Of a stretch of 64,000 bases of DNA, positions 23,311 to 36,400 are shown in pieces (positions within the stretch are counted from its first letter, which is position 1; each line of letters starts with the position of its first letter). The notes under the pieces were generated by a model, which worked only from the letters and a program-made list of their open reading frames with translations, was not told the origin of the DNA and searched no databases. Source of the DNA: Guillardia theta CCMP2712 (Eukaryota; Protista; Cryptophyta); the NCBI RefSeq assembly GCF_000315625.1, contig NW_005434568.1, forward strand, positions 151,965-215,964, in the 5' to 3' direction. The position numbers and the translations under genes were made by a program.

Positions 23311-25956
23311 ATGGTGATCCTCGCGACTTTAGCCAAGTCCGCCTGCAGGAGCAGCATGTTACGAGGATCTCACCGGCAGCTCGTCAGGATCTCAGGTGGT
23401 CCCAAGGCTGGAGCATGGAAGCTCGTCTCGTTCCGCCGCATGCTCGTGGGCTGCGGTATGGGGGTAGCAGCTTCCTCCGTTATCCTCATCACGTCTGCCT
23501 CCTGCCAGTCGGTGAGAGAGTACGACTTCGTCATTGTAGGAGGAGGAATGAGCGCGGTAGGAGGACTAGTGGGCCTGCGAGAGGAGAACCCCCAGAGCTC
23601 GGTGGTGGTGGTGGGAGGAGAGATGGGCACGTTCAAGCGTCTGCTGGAGGAGGAGGGGGCGGAGATGGCGAGGAGGACAAGGGTGGGGACTGTTGCCAGC
23701 GCCAAGGAGATGCAGAATGTTGGGTTCGAGGTTGCTGAGGTGGAGGAGCTGGACGTTGATGGGCAGATGATCGTAATGAAGGATGGGCAGAGACTGAGGT
23801 GGCGACGGGGCTGCCTGCTTGCAACAGATCCGCAGGTAAGAGGAAGACCTCGCAGTTGCTAGAGATTGTCATTGTCATCATCGTCATCATCGTCGTCATC
23901 ATCGTCATCGTCATCATCATCATCATCGTCATCGTCATCATCATCGTCAGCATCAGCATCAGCATCAGCATCAGCATCATCATCGTCATCATCATCATCA
24001 TCGTCAGCATCAGCATCATCATCCGCATCATCATCCGCATCATCATCATATCATCATCATCATCCGCATCATCATCATCGTCGTCGTCATCATCATCTCT
24101 ATAGTCCTCGCCATCATCATCCTCACTCTTGAGCTCTAGGTGGAGAAGCCGCATGAATTCGTCCTTGACGCGTCCTCGTCCTCCCGTGTCAAGTTCGTCG
24201 GTGATGGCGAGGAGAAGCTCAAGTTCGTTGACGACAAGGATGCGCACGTGGTGGTGGTGGGGGGAGGAGCCGCGGCTTGTGCTAAGAGCACGGAGCTCGT
24301 GCGGGAGGGCGTCAGAGTCGCGCAGATCTTCGAGGAAGGAACGCCCATGGCTCGCCTGCTCCCCCACTACGTCGGCTCCTACATCATATGGCACCTCAAA
24401 CGGCTCGGAGTAGACGCGCAGGTACTGACAATCGAGGTCCCTCTGTTATACCGACCAACCACCCCCCCTTCTACTCTCCTTGCCCCACACTGTACCCCCT
24501 GTTCCTTGTTTCCCTTGCATACCCCCTCATCCTTCCCGCTCCTCTCCCTCGTCCTCCCATCCACCCACCTCACCGTTCCTCTCGTCCTTCCTCCCCCATC
24601 CCTCTCATCCTGCCCACCTCCTCCTCTGTCTCTGGTTGTGGTCTCTCTTCCTCGATCTCTTCCCCGTCTCCTTCTGTGTAGTTGTCTCCTCATGTTTCCG
24701 TCTCTCACATGGTCTCAGCCCTACTCGAAGCTGCAGTACTGCCGCGCATTGGGGCAGGAAGACGCAAAGGGAGACAAGCAGCTGGAGGGGGTGCTGGAAA
24801 TCTACGTAAGGAGGACATACGATGCTCTAGATGTCAAGAAGTACATCACAGACTTCCTCCTCTACTTCGCGCAGAAGATCAAGTATCCTCCCCTCCCTTC
24901 TCCCTCCTCCCCCTTCCCTCCCCCTTCCCCGCTCCCCCTCCTCCCTTTCTCCTCCTTCCTCCCTCGTCTTACTTGCTTCTCTCACACTTTCCCGCAGCTT
25001 CTCGTCAGGCTATCTCCTGGCCAACGCTACCAACTCTCTCGAGATGTTGCCCTCCGGCGAGCTCATCGCCAACTGCGAGCTCTGCCTCCGCTCCTCCCTC
25101 TTCGCAGCCGGACCCATGGTCTCCGTTCCTCATCCTCTATTCGGCCGCCTTGTTCTCCAGGACAAGGAGGAGGCCTGGGTCAGCGGGGTCTGTGCGGGGA
25201 GGAACATGGCGGGGCGACGGACGGTGTACAGGTAATGAGGAGGACGAGGAAGGGAAGGGGGAGTTTGGACGAGGATGAGGGGAACGAGGAAGAGGGCAAG
25301 ATGAGGGAGAGTGAAGCAGGAGAGGGGGAGGAGCAAGGAGCAAGGGGGACGAGGACGAGGACGAGGACGAGGGAGGAGGACTGACTTGAGTGGGCAGGCA
25401 CGTCCCGGTTCACAACTCAGTGAAGCTGGGAGGAGATTTTGAGCTGCTGTGCGTGGGGGAAGTGAACTCGAGCTTGGAGACCGTCGGGTTCTGGTCGATG
25501 AGGAGATGGCAAATGCAGCAAGAACCCAGCACAAACGGCATGCCGAGGAGGCGATCCAGTGGAAGAGGAGGAGGAGAAGACGACTTTCTCCCGGTGATGC
25601 CACAAAGCGGTGTGCTCTACTTCCTGAAGAAGGAGCGAGGAGAGCGGGGAGGGGGCACGGAGGAAGAGAAGCGGCTGGTGGGCGTTGCCCTGGTCAACAT
25701 GCCGGAGGGAGGAGCGGAGGTGGCGCGGGAGGCCATCAGGCAGCGGAGGAGGGTGAGGGAGGGAGAGGACCTGCGGCAGCTGATCGCCGTGGAGAGTTGC
25801 GAGAGCGGGCAGAAGGCGCTGAAGAGGACGACAGAGGGGAAGGCGAACGCTGCTCCTCCTCCGCGGCACAACACGGTCGGGGCCAACAACGACAAGTGGA
25901 CGAGGGCCATCTTCGGGACGCTGCCGGATGAGCGACCCCCGGGGAAGATGCGATGA
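23311..25956 (+). CDS. Divergent apoptosis-inducing-factor (AIF/AIFM1)-like mitochondrial flavoprotein, multi-exon
   Basis: Basic/Ser presequence plus TM. YDFVIVGGG, VVVVGGG, VAQIFEEGTPMARLLPHYVGSY..HLKRLGV, GELIANCEL..RSSLFAAG, VSGVCAGRNM, GEVNSSLETVGF, GVLYFLK..LVGVALVN all align in order with AIF motifs. Confidence 0.8.
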
Positions 25957-26029
25957 AGCCTCGGAGGACCAATGAAGCTGCCGGGCCCGGAGGAACTTGC
26001 AGGCCCGGGGCTGGGGGACTCGCCGCCGG

Positions 26030-26820
26030 GCCAGCCGCCTCGCCGCGCCCGGGGCATGCTGAGGGGTTTCAGTTTGGTGACTTGGATGCGGAGAGGTCGT
26101 ACTAGCCGATCATGTGTCGGACTCGGACGTCATCAGGGAGAGTTCACGGTTGGAGATCGGACTCGGCTGAGGGCCGTGGGAGCCTGAGCGGTGGGACTCC
26201 GGGAGCTGAAAAAGTTCAAGCAGGGCTCACTTTTTGTAATCAGTCAGGACTCTGTGAAGCGGCCCAGTGGCACCTCAACTGACGCGTCGGACGGTCCGAC
26301 GGTCATGCCAAGATCAACTTGAACGGTTGGTGCCGCGACCGGGTGCCGTCACGGCCGGGCCGCGGGCGCCTGCTCCCGAGTCCTAGCCGCCGCTGGCCCC
26401 GGCGGCCACTGCTCCGGCCGACACGACCGTACGGTGGGAGGCTCGGATACTATAGCTGAGCCTCGGAGCGCCCGGAGTTAAGCGTCACAGAGTCTCGGCG
26501 AGTAAATTTCCCCTGCCACCGTCAGACTGAGTAAACAGGCTGCCACGGTGCCTTCGACGGCGCCGCAGCCGCGCGGCGGTATGAGAAACCGTTTGAAACC
26601 GAGGATCATCCGCCCTCAGTGCTCGGACAGTGCACTGATGACCACGCCGTCATACCGGGCCGCCCTGTCGGATCGGACCGTGGCCGACTCGAACTTGAGT
26701 CGCCGCCCGGCGGGGCCCCCGTGGGGGGCCGCGGGCAAGTTACCCCGGGCCGGAACCGTTTCACTACTTGCCGGGCATCTGAGGTAACCAACAAACCGGG
26801 CCTCAGGCTCCGAAGAATAC
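26030..26820. other. GC-rich palindromic island
   Basis: Same vocabulary, directly after the stop of the AIF-like gene and followed by a GGGTA-rich tract (26880-27430). Confidence 0.7.
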
Positions 26821-27899
26821 CGCTGCCATGGTCCCACCCCCACCCCTGTCCCTGACACTCACAGCTACCCCTGGTCAGCCTAGGACGGTAGTAACAAGGA
26901 ACGGGACCGTGCCGTCGTGCTGAAGATCACTATGATGAGGGGGGTGGTCGAGAGCCTCTCCCCGTCCCCCCGGAGGGGTGGGGGTTCGAGCATCATGACG
27001 ATCCGAGTCCGTACAGTCTTAAAAAGGAGAGGGATAGGGGTGGTTGTTACGGTGAGGGAGGGTGGTAGGGTGTTTGGGGGGGGGGGGGGGGGGGGGGGTA
27101 CTATTGCCATATGGGGAATGCTGTTTTGCTGAACGATCCCCGAAGGAAGGTAGGGGGGTGGGGTGAATACAAGGAGGGGGTGGGGGTGGAAGGGCGGAAG
27201 CAGGTAACAGCGTGTCACGGGGGTGAGGGCATAACCTCAAAGATCATTTGCACAGCGGGTAGGGTAGGGTGTTAATACTACCCGTACTGAGAACGTTGAA
27301 AAGGGAGGGTTGGGGTAATCAACTCGATCAAGGGTAGGGTACCGCAGGAAAGTTTGTAGATACGAGATGTCCTGGGGTACACCGGCATGGAATTAGTAGG
27401 GTAGGGGTACGGTACAGGGGTGGCCCTAGGGTCGACGACAATGTGTTGGAACAAACGATGAGCGACGGGAGGGCCAGGAGGAGGGAGAATGAGCAGACGT
27501 GTTGTGGTAGGACAAGATGAGTTGGGATGAGATGAAGTAAGACAGGATGAGAAGGACAAGATGAAGTACGATGGGATGAGATGATGTGAGGTAGGATGAA
27601 GTTGGATGGCACGAGAAGTACTAGGATGATGTAGAACTGAAGGTGCAGCATGAGATGGTGAGGCGATGCTGAACAGATATGGGCATTATTTGATTTCAAA
27701 AAGATGGTAGATTGAAATGAGAGCTCGAACTCTCTTGTTGCGCACTGCAGCCGTCGAAAGAGCTCATCTCACCCGTGACATGCAGACGATGCGTTGTTGG
27801 AGGATCGGCGCCAGTGGCAGGAGATCGCAGCATGCTGATGGGGCTGCTTCTTGTGGGCGTGCGATCGCTTTCATGTGTTTGCTCTAAAAGGACAAGTCA

Positions 27900-28227
27900 A
27901 TGGACGAGTTTCAATCCTGGGACTCTGCCATGAACGGTGACGGAGAGCGTGGGATACCCGAGGAGGATCAATCAAGGGAGACGCGCTCATCCCCAGGGAC
28001 TGACGGAGAGGAGGACGTTGAGATGTCTGTAGGAGGAAGCGATCGAATTGTACCTCAGCAGCAGGAAGCATCGTTGAATGTGGGGATCCTCCAGGAGCAG
28101 AATCGAAGACTCTACTTTCAGCTGCTGCAGAAGGCAGAACGGACGGTGGCTGAGGGTGGGAAAAACTTTCCTCCGATGTTTGTAAAAGAGAAGGAGCAAG
28201 AGAAGGAGCAAGAGCAGGAGAAGGAGA

Positions 28228-28275
<48 letters not shown>

Positions 28276-31200
28276 AGCAACCTACCTTGTCACAGGTTTA
28301 CCAGCAAGACGGGGAACAGAATCATGCCGACGCTTTCAATGCCGAGTTCTTCCTTCATCACTTCCAAACGTCGGATGTGCAAGCAAGCAAGCGATCCCTC
28401 CGGTTCTCAGAGCCGCAGACTAAGTTGAGCAGCTCGGAGCTGATGATGCCCAACGCCAAGTTCTCATACTTCGATCGCCTTGACCCCTTCTTCCTTCGAA
28501 GATACCTCAAGACTCCGCTGGTGTCTCATCCCATGGCGTTGCCGAAGCCTCTGACAGTTGTTGCAGAAACGTCTCAAGAATCAGTTCACAATGGTGGTGG
28601 ACAATTCGGATCAAATGGATTCTTTCCTGCAAGACACCCACAAACCAAGCGCGGTAAAGAAACATACCTCACCTCGCTCTACCTAGACATGTTGTCATCT
28701 CAGCGACATCTCTTCACAACAGCGGTGCATCAAAGTGACACGAAATGGATGCAGGTGATGAACTCGTTGAACTCAGCCAAGTCTAAGTTGGTTCGAGCTG
28801 GAAGTTTCATGAAAGTTCCCGCAAAGCCCCCGATAATCAACGAGGTGCAGGCGGACTGACGCGATTGTCTTGATGACTGGATAGCAGGAGCCAGAGGACG
28901 CAGAAGACGTTGATGAAGCAGATGATGATGCTGGAGCGTCGAACATCTCCCTGTACCTCAGCGCAGGTTCTAGAGGATAGATGTTCAGAGAATCGTGATG
29001 ATGTTGCTTCTTCAGGTTTCATCGTGATCTTGGCATGCATGGATGCTTGTTTGTTCATGGTTTGACTTGAAGATGTTGTGGAAACTTTGAATAACGATGA
29101 TTGCAGATCTTTCAAATGTTTTGGCGAGGAGATTTTGTTTGCAACCCTCCTCAAGTGAATCTGGGAAATGTCGTCCCGCTCTCAGTCTTGCTGGGACTGT
29201 ACTTCTTTAGAATGGTGAGCAGACGAGTAAGAGCTACCACGGTTTGACATGCTGGGATGCAGACCAATCGGCTCAAGTCGAAGCAATACACTCTCACCTC
29301 ATGCTTCAATCTTAACGAGCTGCTGCATGTGATCCCATGGAACTCTTTGATCTTCCTTCTCCTCGTCATCTCCTCTGCTGGTCTTCCTCCCCCTCCCCTG
29401 TCAAGGTCTGACGGACAAGCAGCGATCCTCGTCGTCGAGTGTCAGCAATGCCGACAAGGGCAGGTCCGGCATGGCATCCTCCTCCGCTTCGACCTGGTCC
29501 TGCACTTCGGGTCTGCCTTGCCTCTCACCCTCTCTCGCGTGACTCCCTCTGGTCGGCAGCCGCGTGCTGCTGGCGATCAGGCTCTGCTTGAAGCTCAAGA
29601 AGCAGCTGAGGAGGAGGCTGCAAAGTGGTGCGGCGTGAGGGTGGTTGGCTGGCGGGTCTGAGACAGACTGCAGCTGTCAGCTTGAACAAGAGGCGGTTTC
29701 AAGACAGGTTTGCCGACTTGGACTTGGGTAACCCGCAGCCCTTGACTGCTCGACTCGACTGATCCCCTCATCAGATCTCACCTACATCTGCGATCGCTTG
29801 ATTGGCATGGCGTTGCCCTGCGTCGATGGTGACGTCACTTGTGTGGCCCTCTCAGATGCCTGACAACCCCCAGGCGCCATGCACAGGAATGACATCCGCG
29901 ACGTCGCCAAGTTCTTCTCCACTCGTCACTACGGTCATCCGCCTCCCGTGGTGTCTCGGAGCATGACTGACGACTGGGGTGTCAAGCAGGAAGTTTCCTC
30001 ATCTTCAACCTCTGTGAAGCACAAGAGGTGCCTGCATGCTCGCCGGCGGTTCGATGAGTGATGACGTGGCATGTGCTCTCGGCAGGAGAGCGGCAACGGA
30101 AACTACGACACGCGCCTGCTCTACGGTCAAGTCAAGAAGCTTCCCTTCAGGGATCACAACATCTGCAAGCTGCGGAGCCTCGTCAGTTTCTGCGAGCATG
30201 CGACTGAGTTCCTGAACGAAAGCGATGAGAACGTAGTAGCCATACACTGCCAGGCAAGTCACGACCTGACGGCAGCCGCTTGCAAGTTTGAAAGTTTTTT
30301 TCGTCAGGGTGGGAAGGGCAGGACAGGCACGTTCTGCTCCTCTCTGATGCTCTGGACGAATCTCTTTCAGTCTGCCGATCTCGCTCTGTCCTACTTCGCC
30401 AGTAGAAGGACTGACACGAGCCGCGGGAGCGGTGAGCTACAGAAAGTGGCGGCCCCGTCGCAGATCCGTAAGTGACCGTGTGGACTAGGAGAGTCTAACA
30501 GTTGCCGCAGGATACGTCAAGTACATGGAAACCTTGATCAAGGACAACGTGGACTACATCTCCAGCACCAAAGTCATCCTGAGTCGCATCTCGATGCATG
30601 GGGTTCCGATGCTGGACCAAGAAGTCTGCAACCTGACGTTCGGTCCGTCCTTGTTCCCCCCCGGCTCCACCCCAGCTGACGTGCGGCATCGCAGTGATCG
30701 AAGTGAACGGAGAGCTAGAGTATGATCACGGCAAAGCAGCTGGGATGACTCGTTGCTGCAAGGAGCTGCGGGATGACTGGATCTTCGACGTGGGATTTGT
30801 GCTCCTCTCCGACGACGTCGCCGTCAGGTTCTTCTACTTCAGGTGAGGATGACGTGGCACATGCTGGTCCCTCCCAGTCATTCTCTCTCGCAGCTCCGAT
30901 GCCGAACCCTCGTCGATTGTCGGCAAGACTGCTGAGATCCAGCCGGGGGGGCGCGAGATCATGTACGGCAGTCTAAAGGGGAAGCAGGTGCGTGCGAATA
31001 GCTCCTCCTCCTCCTCCTCCTCCTCCTCCCCTTGTCCTCCTCCTCATCGTCCTCTCCTTGTCCTCCTCCTCCTCTGACCTCTCGCCAGCTGTTCTTCGTC
31101 CAGTTTCACACGGCATTCCATTCCAACGACCTGACGCTGAGCAAGAGCGAGATCGACGGGGCGTACAAGAAGAAGAGTCACAAGTTCGCCGATGACTTTT

Positions 31201-33332
31201 CCCTCCGCTTCCACTTCTGGAAGGACATGGGGGTCGACAGCCACGAGAGTCTCGAGGAGTTGTACCAGCCCCCTCGCTCCCCAAAACGCTCTCCTCCTCG
31301 CTCTCCCATTCGCTCTCCTCCTCGCTCTCCCAGTCACTCTCCCGGCCGCTCCCCGGCGAGGTCGCCGGATCCGATGCTGGACAGCGAGGCGGGTCGGTAC
31401 TCGATCCTAAAGTGGGGAGCCTTCCTGTCCCTCCCCCCTTGCCTGAGGGTCTTCAACCTGGCGCTGTGGCTGGACGATCTTTTCCAAGTGATCGCCACTG
31501 ACTGCCGCGTCTACTCGAGGGGCGAGATCGTCTACAACCCGGAGGAGTCTGACCGCTCCCTGCACTTCATCTCCTCAGGCAACCTCATCCTCGACACCAG
31601 CGAGGGCAAGGCCAAGGAGCGAAGCCTGGGCAGCGGGCTCTACGAGGAGGAGATGGTATGGGGGGCGAGGGAGTTCTTTGGCGAGCTTTCCTTCCTCCTC
31701 GGAAACGGGCAGGACAACACCAGCGGAGTATTGCGAGCATACTCGGAGCAGGTGGAAGTTCGTTCGCTCAGGCTGTCGGAGCTGAGCAGAGACCCTCTCG
31801 GCATCCCCCCCCTCGTCTGTGAGAACCTGAGCCCTAGGGACCTTGACATCCTGTACGAGGCCCTCGCAAGGTGAGAGACTTCTGGTCTTGGCCTGAGGGC
31901 TGACAAGGTGGCTGGCAGGCAAGTTTGCAGTGACGCCATCAAGAACGACATCTACCTGCACTTCGTGGCGCTGCAGGTGGGAGGAGGCGGGTGGGCCCGA
32001 GGTCGCTGACTGCTCCCCAGCAAAACACCAAGAGGGACAAGAACTCTTCGCTGATTGAGATCCACCAGGCCTCTTTTCTCAACAGCATCCGAGACAAGCA
32101 CAAGATTCCGGCCATGGAGCCGCACAAGTTTCTGTCCGGGGCCACGTACCTGAGAGGGTCTCGCAAGCGGTCGAAGTCGAACATCTTCCAGAAGGGGGAG
32201 ATCAAGGGAGTGTTTGTGGTGTTCCAGGACGTGATAGGATACGCCGAGTACATGTGCCAGGTGTCGATCCAGACGAAGCAGATCTCAGGCATTGAAGTGA
32301 TCGGCGACACTCTGATGATCAGCCTGTCGACTGAAAAGAGCTCGGGGAGGAGAATGAGCGAAGGAAGGAGGGTGAGCGAGGTCGACGATGGGCTCATCGA
32401 ACGGCTGGGGTCGAGGATGAAGGCGTCTTACAGCTTTCAGTTCGTCTCTTCTGACTGCGCACAGAGCGCGCAGGCGATGATTCTTTCCCTCAAGAACACC
32501 AGGGACGATGAGATTGAGACGATCGATGAGGAGCTGTCGAGCCAGCAGGACAGGAATATCGACCCCATGCATGTCGCCAAGTTGTTTCACTTCGTGGACG
32601 AGAGCGAGGCTCTAGAGTTCTCCGAGGGCTCGACGCTAGACGAGCTCTTCTCCGTCTTCTCCATTATCTGGTCGAGCCTCGCGCCCTCGTTCCTCCCTCA
32701 CGTCCTGCTCAGGTACAAGAAGGGCAGCCTCATCATCGACATCGGAGAGACGAGGCGGACTCTCTTCCACATCGTGTCCGGGTCGATCATCGCCTGCGGG
32801 AGCGACGGCAACATCCGGGTCAAGCGAGGCAAGGGCGAGCTCTTCGGCGAGGTGAGTTACTTCAGCACCGGCAACAAGGGCGCTCTCTCCAAGGTAAGCT
32901 CCTGCCCAGCTGCATCCCACGAGGCTCAGGGGTGTGCAGGTCGTGGCAGAGGAGGAGACGTGCTGCATGGAGATCCATAACGACGTGAGAGGAGGAGCGT
33001 TTGGCCCTCGTTGCTGACCCTCCGGCAGGACGTGGAGCGACTGAGAGCTCGGCGGCCTCTCCTGACCGCGCGAATGTGAGCTGAGAAGATCCGACGCTCG
33101 CCACTTGCCTCCCCACCTGCCCTCATCCTCCGCTCACTCGTCACTTCACCTTCTCCCCCTTCGCCCCTCCCTGCTCTTATTTCGTCTCCTTCCTTCCTCT
33201 CCCTCTTCGTCTTTCCCTGGGCTAACTGAATGTTGCAGAAATCGAGCCATCGCCCGTAACGTGGCCTACCGGCTACAGGAGCAGTTCAGACGCATCAGCC
33301 ACAGCCCGATTTACATGAGCTCTAAGGGCTGA
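27900..33332 (+). CDS. Voltage-sensing-phosphatase (VSP/TPTE)-like protein: VSD-like 4TM, PTEN phosphatase, C2, then CNB, GRAM/PH-like and CNB domains (about 20+ exons)
   Basis: S1-S4-like exons at 29016-29625. Linker VSLNKRRFQDRFADLDLDLTYICDRLIGMALP. RNDIRDVAKFF, IFNLC, PFRDHN, HCQ|GGKGRTG, PSQIRY. C2 motif LFFVQFHTAF..LSKSEIDGAYK. CNB motifs YSRGEIV..LHFISSG..FFGELSFL and YKKGSLI..LFHIVSG..LFGEVSYF. Start may lie further upstream. Confidence 0.88.
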
Positions 33333-33446
33333 GAGAGGAGAGGAGGAAAGGGACACGAGGGAGCAAATCAGTCTCGCTGCTGCTTCATGCTCTCATGGTA
33401 CCGCTGACTCTTCCTAATCCACTAGGGTTTCACCATAACTTTCTCA

Positions 33447-36400
33447 CTACTGGCGGGGGGTGACGCCTTGGAAGAGTTCGTACTGCAGTACTATCAGGAG
33501 GAGGAGGAGGAGGAGAGAGGAAAGAGGAGAGAGGAAAGAGGAGGAGGAAGGAAAGGAAAGGAAAGGAAAGGAAAGGGGGTTGTGGGAGGAGGCTCAGTGT
33601 TTCTTACCTGTCGCTCGGAGATCTGCCTCTGGGCCTCGCGCAAGAAATCAAGGAACGAGGAGCACCTGCTACCTCATTAGAATCCCTTCCTGTCCTTCCC
33701 CTTCCCCTCCCTTTCACTCTCATCTTCCCTTCCCCTCCCTTTCACTCTCATCTTCCCTTCCCCTCCCTTTCACTCTCATCTTCCCTTCCCCTCCCTTTCA
33801 CTCTCATCTTCCCTTCCCCAGCATTCCTCCCTTGGCTGCTCTCCTTGGCATTCCCCGCCTTCCATCGCTCACCTCTTAACTCGAGCTGCTCGAGCATCGC
33901 TGGCAGAGTCGAGGAGCATCGCCGCCATGTCGATCGCCGCTCTGATGACACATCAGCTGGGCAAGGAGGAAGGATTGAGACCGACCGGTGCTCCTGGAGC
34001 TCGAGAGCAAAGCTGACCTCGAACCTGCCCTTGGGTCAGACGAGCACTTGATACCCAGACCTGAAGTTTGACCTGTCCACGGCTTCCTTGCAAGGCTGCA
34101 TGCTGATATCTGCGACGCTCTCTGCATCATCGTCACCCTCCTCATCCTCCTCATCCTTTCTCCTCTCACCCGCACATTCATGCGCGCGCTCCCTTAGGGC
34201 CTTGGCAATCTCGTCGCCAATGAGCTGCTTTATCTGAGGTCTACGTGAGAGGGGAAGGGAGGGGAGTCCAACACCCTCACCTGCTTCTCCGTCTCATGCC
34301 CAGCGCTTCTGATTGCCAGCCAAGAACTCGCTGCTGCTCCTAGCGCTGCATCCGAGTGACTTGGAGAGACACGAGGAGTCCTCGCCCTCACCTCCCATGA
34401 ACGCATACGCGTATGACGCCATCAAGTTGCAGCACATGACCGCAATGAGCGAGCTGGACACCGGATGAGTACTCGAGGAAGGAAGGGAGGAGAAGGGAGG
34501 GAGGAGGGGGGGAGGAGAGAAGCTAACCGGAAGCCATTGGTTACTCCCCAGTAAGAGATCAGCCTGGTACTGAAGAAAGGAAGTGCAGAGGAGATAGCTG
34601 TGAGCAGGGACACAGTCACTCGAAGACCCGAGGACCTGACGACCAGCCTCCGCCTCTTACCGGAGATTCTGTTCGGCTTCTCGCGGGCGTGCTGTAGGGC
34701 GTCTCTTTGCCCTGCAGCTCCCCAAACCGCAGCTACGATGTCCTCCATCTCAGTGATCTGACACTTGCGTTCAGTCGGCTGAAGAAAAGGCAAAGGGCTG
34801 ACCTGAAGATGCGCCTGCTTGCCCAGGTGGCGCTCGACTTCCGATGACTTCTTCTCGACTTGAGGAAGCAGGATGTCCATCGTCCATCGTTCCGAGATCT
34901 CCTCGAGCTTGCACCGCAGGTATTGCTCCACATGGTGAGCAAACTCGCACCGGGTGGTAGCGGAGAAAGCTCCAGTCAGCCCGACTCGTTGACTAACTTG
35001 CGCATGCATGGCGAGCTCGGGGACTTTATCCGCCAACCCCCTGAAGTGATCCTCTGCGAGCTGCCTAACCTCATCGCGCTGGCGGCTGTAGTCCAGGCGA
35101 ACTTGTCGGAGAGTCTTCTCGTGCTGGTCTTGGAGCTCCAAGAGCCTCGGCAGACAAGACTCCTGCAGCGACCTCACCTGCAGCGCCACAACCTCGTCAG
35201 CTTCCCGCGACCAGCTCCAACTCAGCACCTCCGTCGGCTGCCTTTCGAGCAGAGCTCCCGTCCTCTCCACTTGGTCATACAAGAACTTGACGAATCTGGA
35301 CGCAAGACGGATCATGTCTTGTGACCTCGCATGCGCATGACGCTCGAGAAACGAAGCAAGCCCTCCCTCCAGAGCCTTCATTTGCGAGATTGTTCGATCC
35401 AGCACGGCTCGACGGTTGTTCACGCCAGGTACACAGAAGATGGGAGCTTTCAGCTCAGCAGCCTTGGCTCGGGCCTCGGAGAAGACCTGCGGCTGTTACT
35501 GACCTCCCTCTCTCGCATACATCTCCACGGTACCTCGGCATCCTCGGTCCCGTCGCTGACGACGACGATGAAGACAGATCCCTTCAGGATGCATCAAGAA
35601 ATCTTCACGACCTCGAGCTCGAGCTCTTACCTCGGGCAGGTACTGCAGAGCTTGTCTGACAGGCCACCAATCGAAGCCCTTCAGCAGCGTCAGCGACGGG
35701 AAAGAACCAAGGCCTCTGCAAGCTTCCCCACCTCGTCTGCGTTCACCACGAACACGATCCCGTCCGCCTGCCTCTTCAAGGCCGTGGCAACGATGTCCAC
35801 CTTGAGCGAGTGAGGAGGAGATGAGGGCGATGAAACATTCAGTCACCTCCTTCACCGTCGGCCCATCAACAATCTCAAGACCGTCTACCAGCGCTGAGGC
35901 CCCTCCAAGGAACACCTGCCACACCATCCATCAGAATGGGTCCTGGCTCCTCCTCTCCCCTCTCGCTGTACAACAGCACGAGGGCACACGGCATGCTTTC
36001 ATACCTCAAGGCTGTCAACCAGCGCAAGCGTTGACGAGCGGATGTCCTCCCACGAGCAGTCCATGGGCTCGTTGTGGTGGCCCAGCACCTCCACCAACTC
36101 CTTCTTGCTGTTGCTGCGGTGTGCGCATGATGAACGGCAGACAACGAGATGATCCTTGCCTGCGAAAGGGGAACGAGGCTCCATTGATGCGCAGGTGCTC
36201 CCGAATGGAAGGATGCAGCGAGTTATCCGAGATCTGTCAAAGAAAGCATGTCAGAGTTTTCCATTGCACGGAACGAACAATCGCAAAGGGCATGACCTCT
36301 TCTTCAGTCAGGTCTTGTCGAAAATGTACAAATACAACAAACTCATTCTCCAACACTTGCCCAGCATCGTTGTTGCGATAACGTACCGTTACCTTGTCAC

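Noticed and set aside
23799-24132. Poly-Ser/Ile/Met/Asp ORFs (also 44377-44988, 47849-48164, 49164-49628)
   Set aside because: Translations of intronic trinucleotide or hexanucleotide microsatellites.
28182-28295. (EQ)n protein repeat in ORF 27900-28859
   Set aside because: Bounded by GT...CAG, 114 nt and purine-SSR-filled; most likely an in-frame intron.
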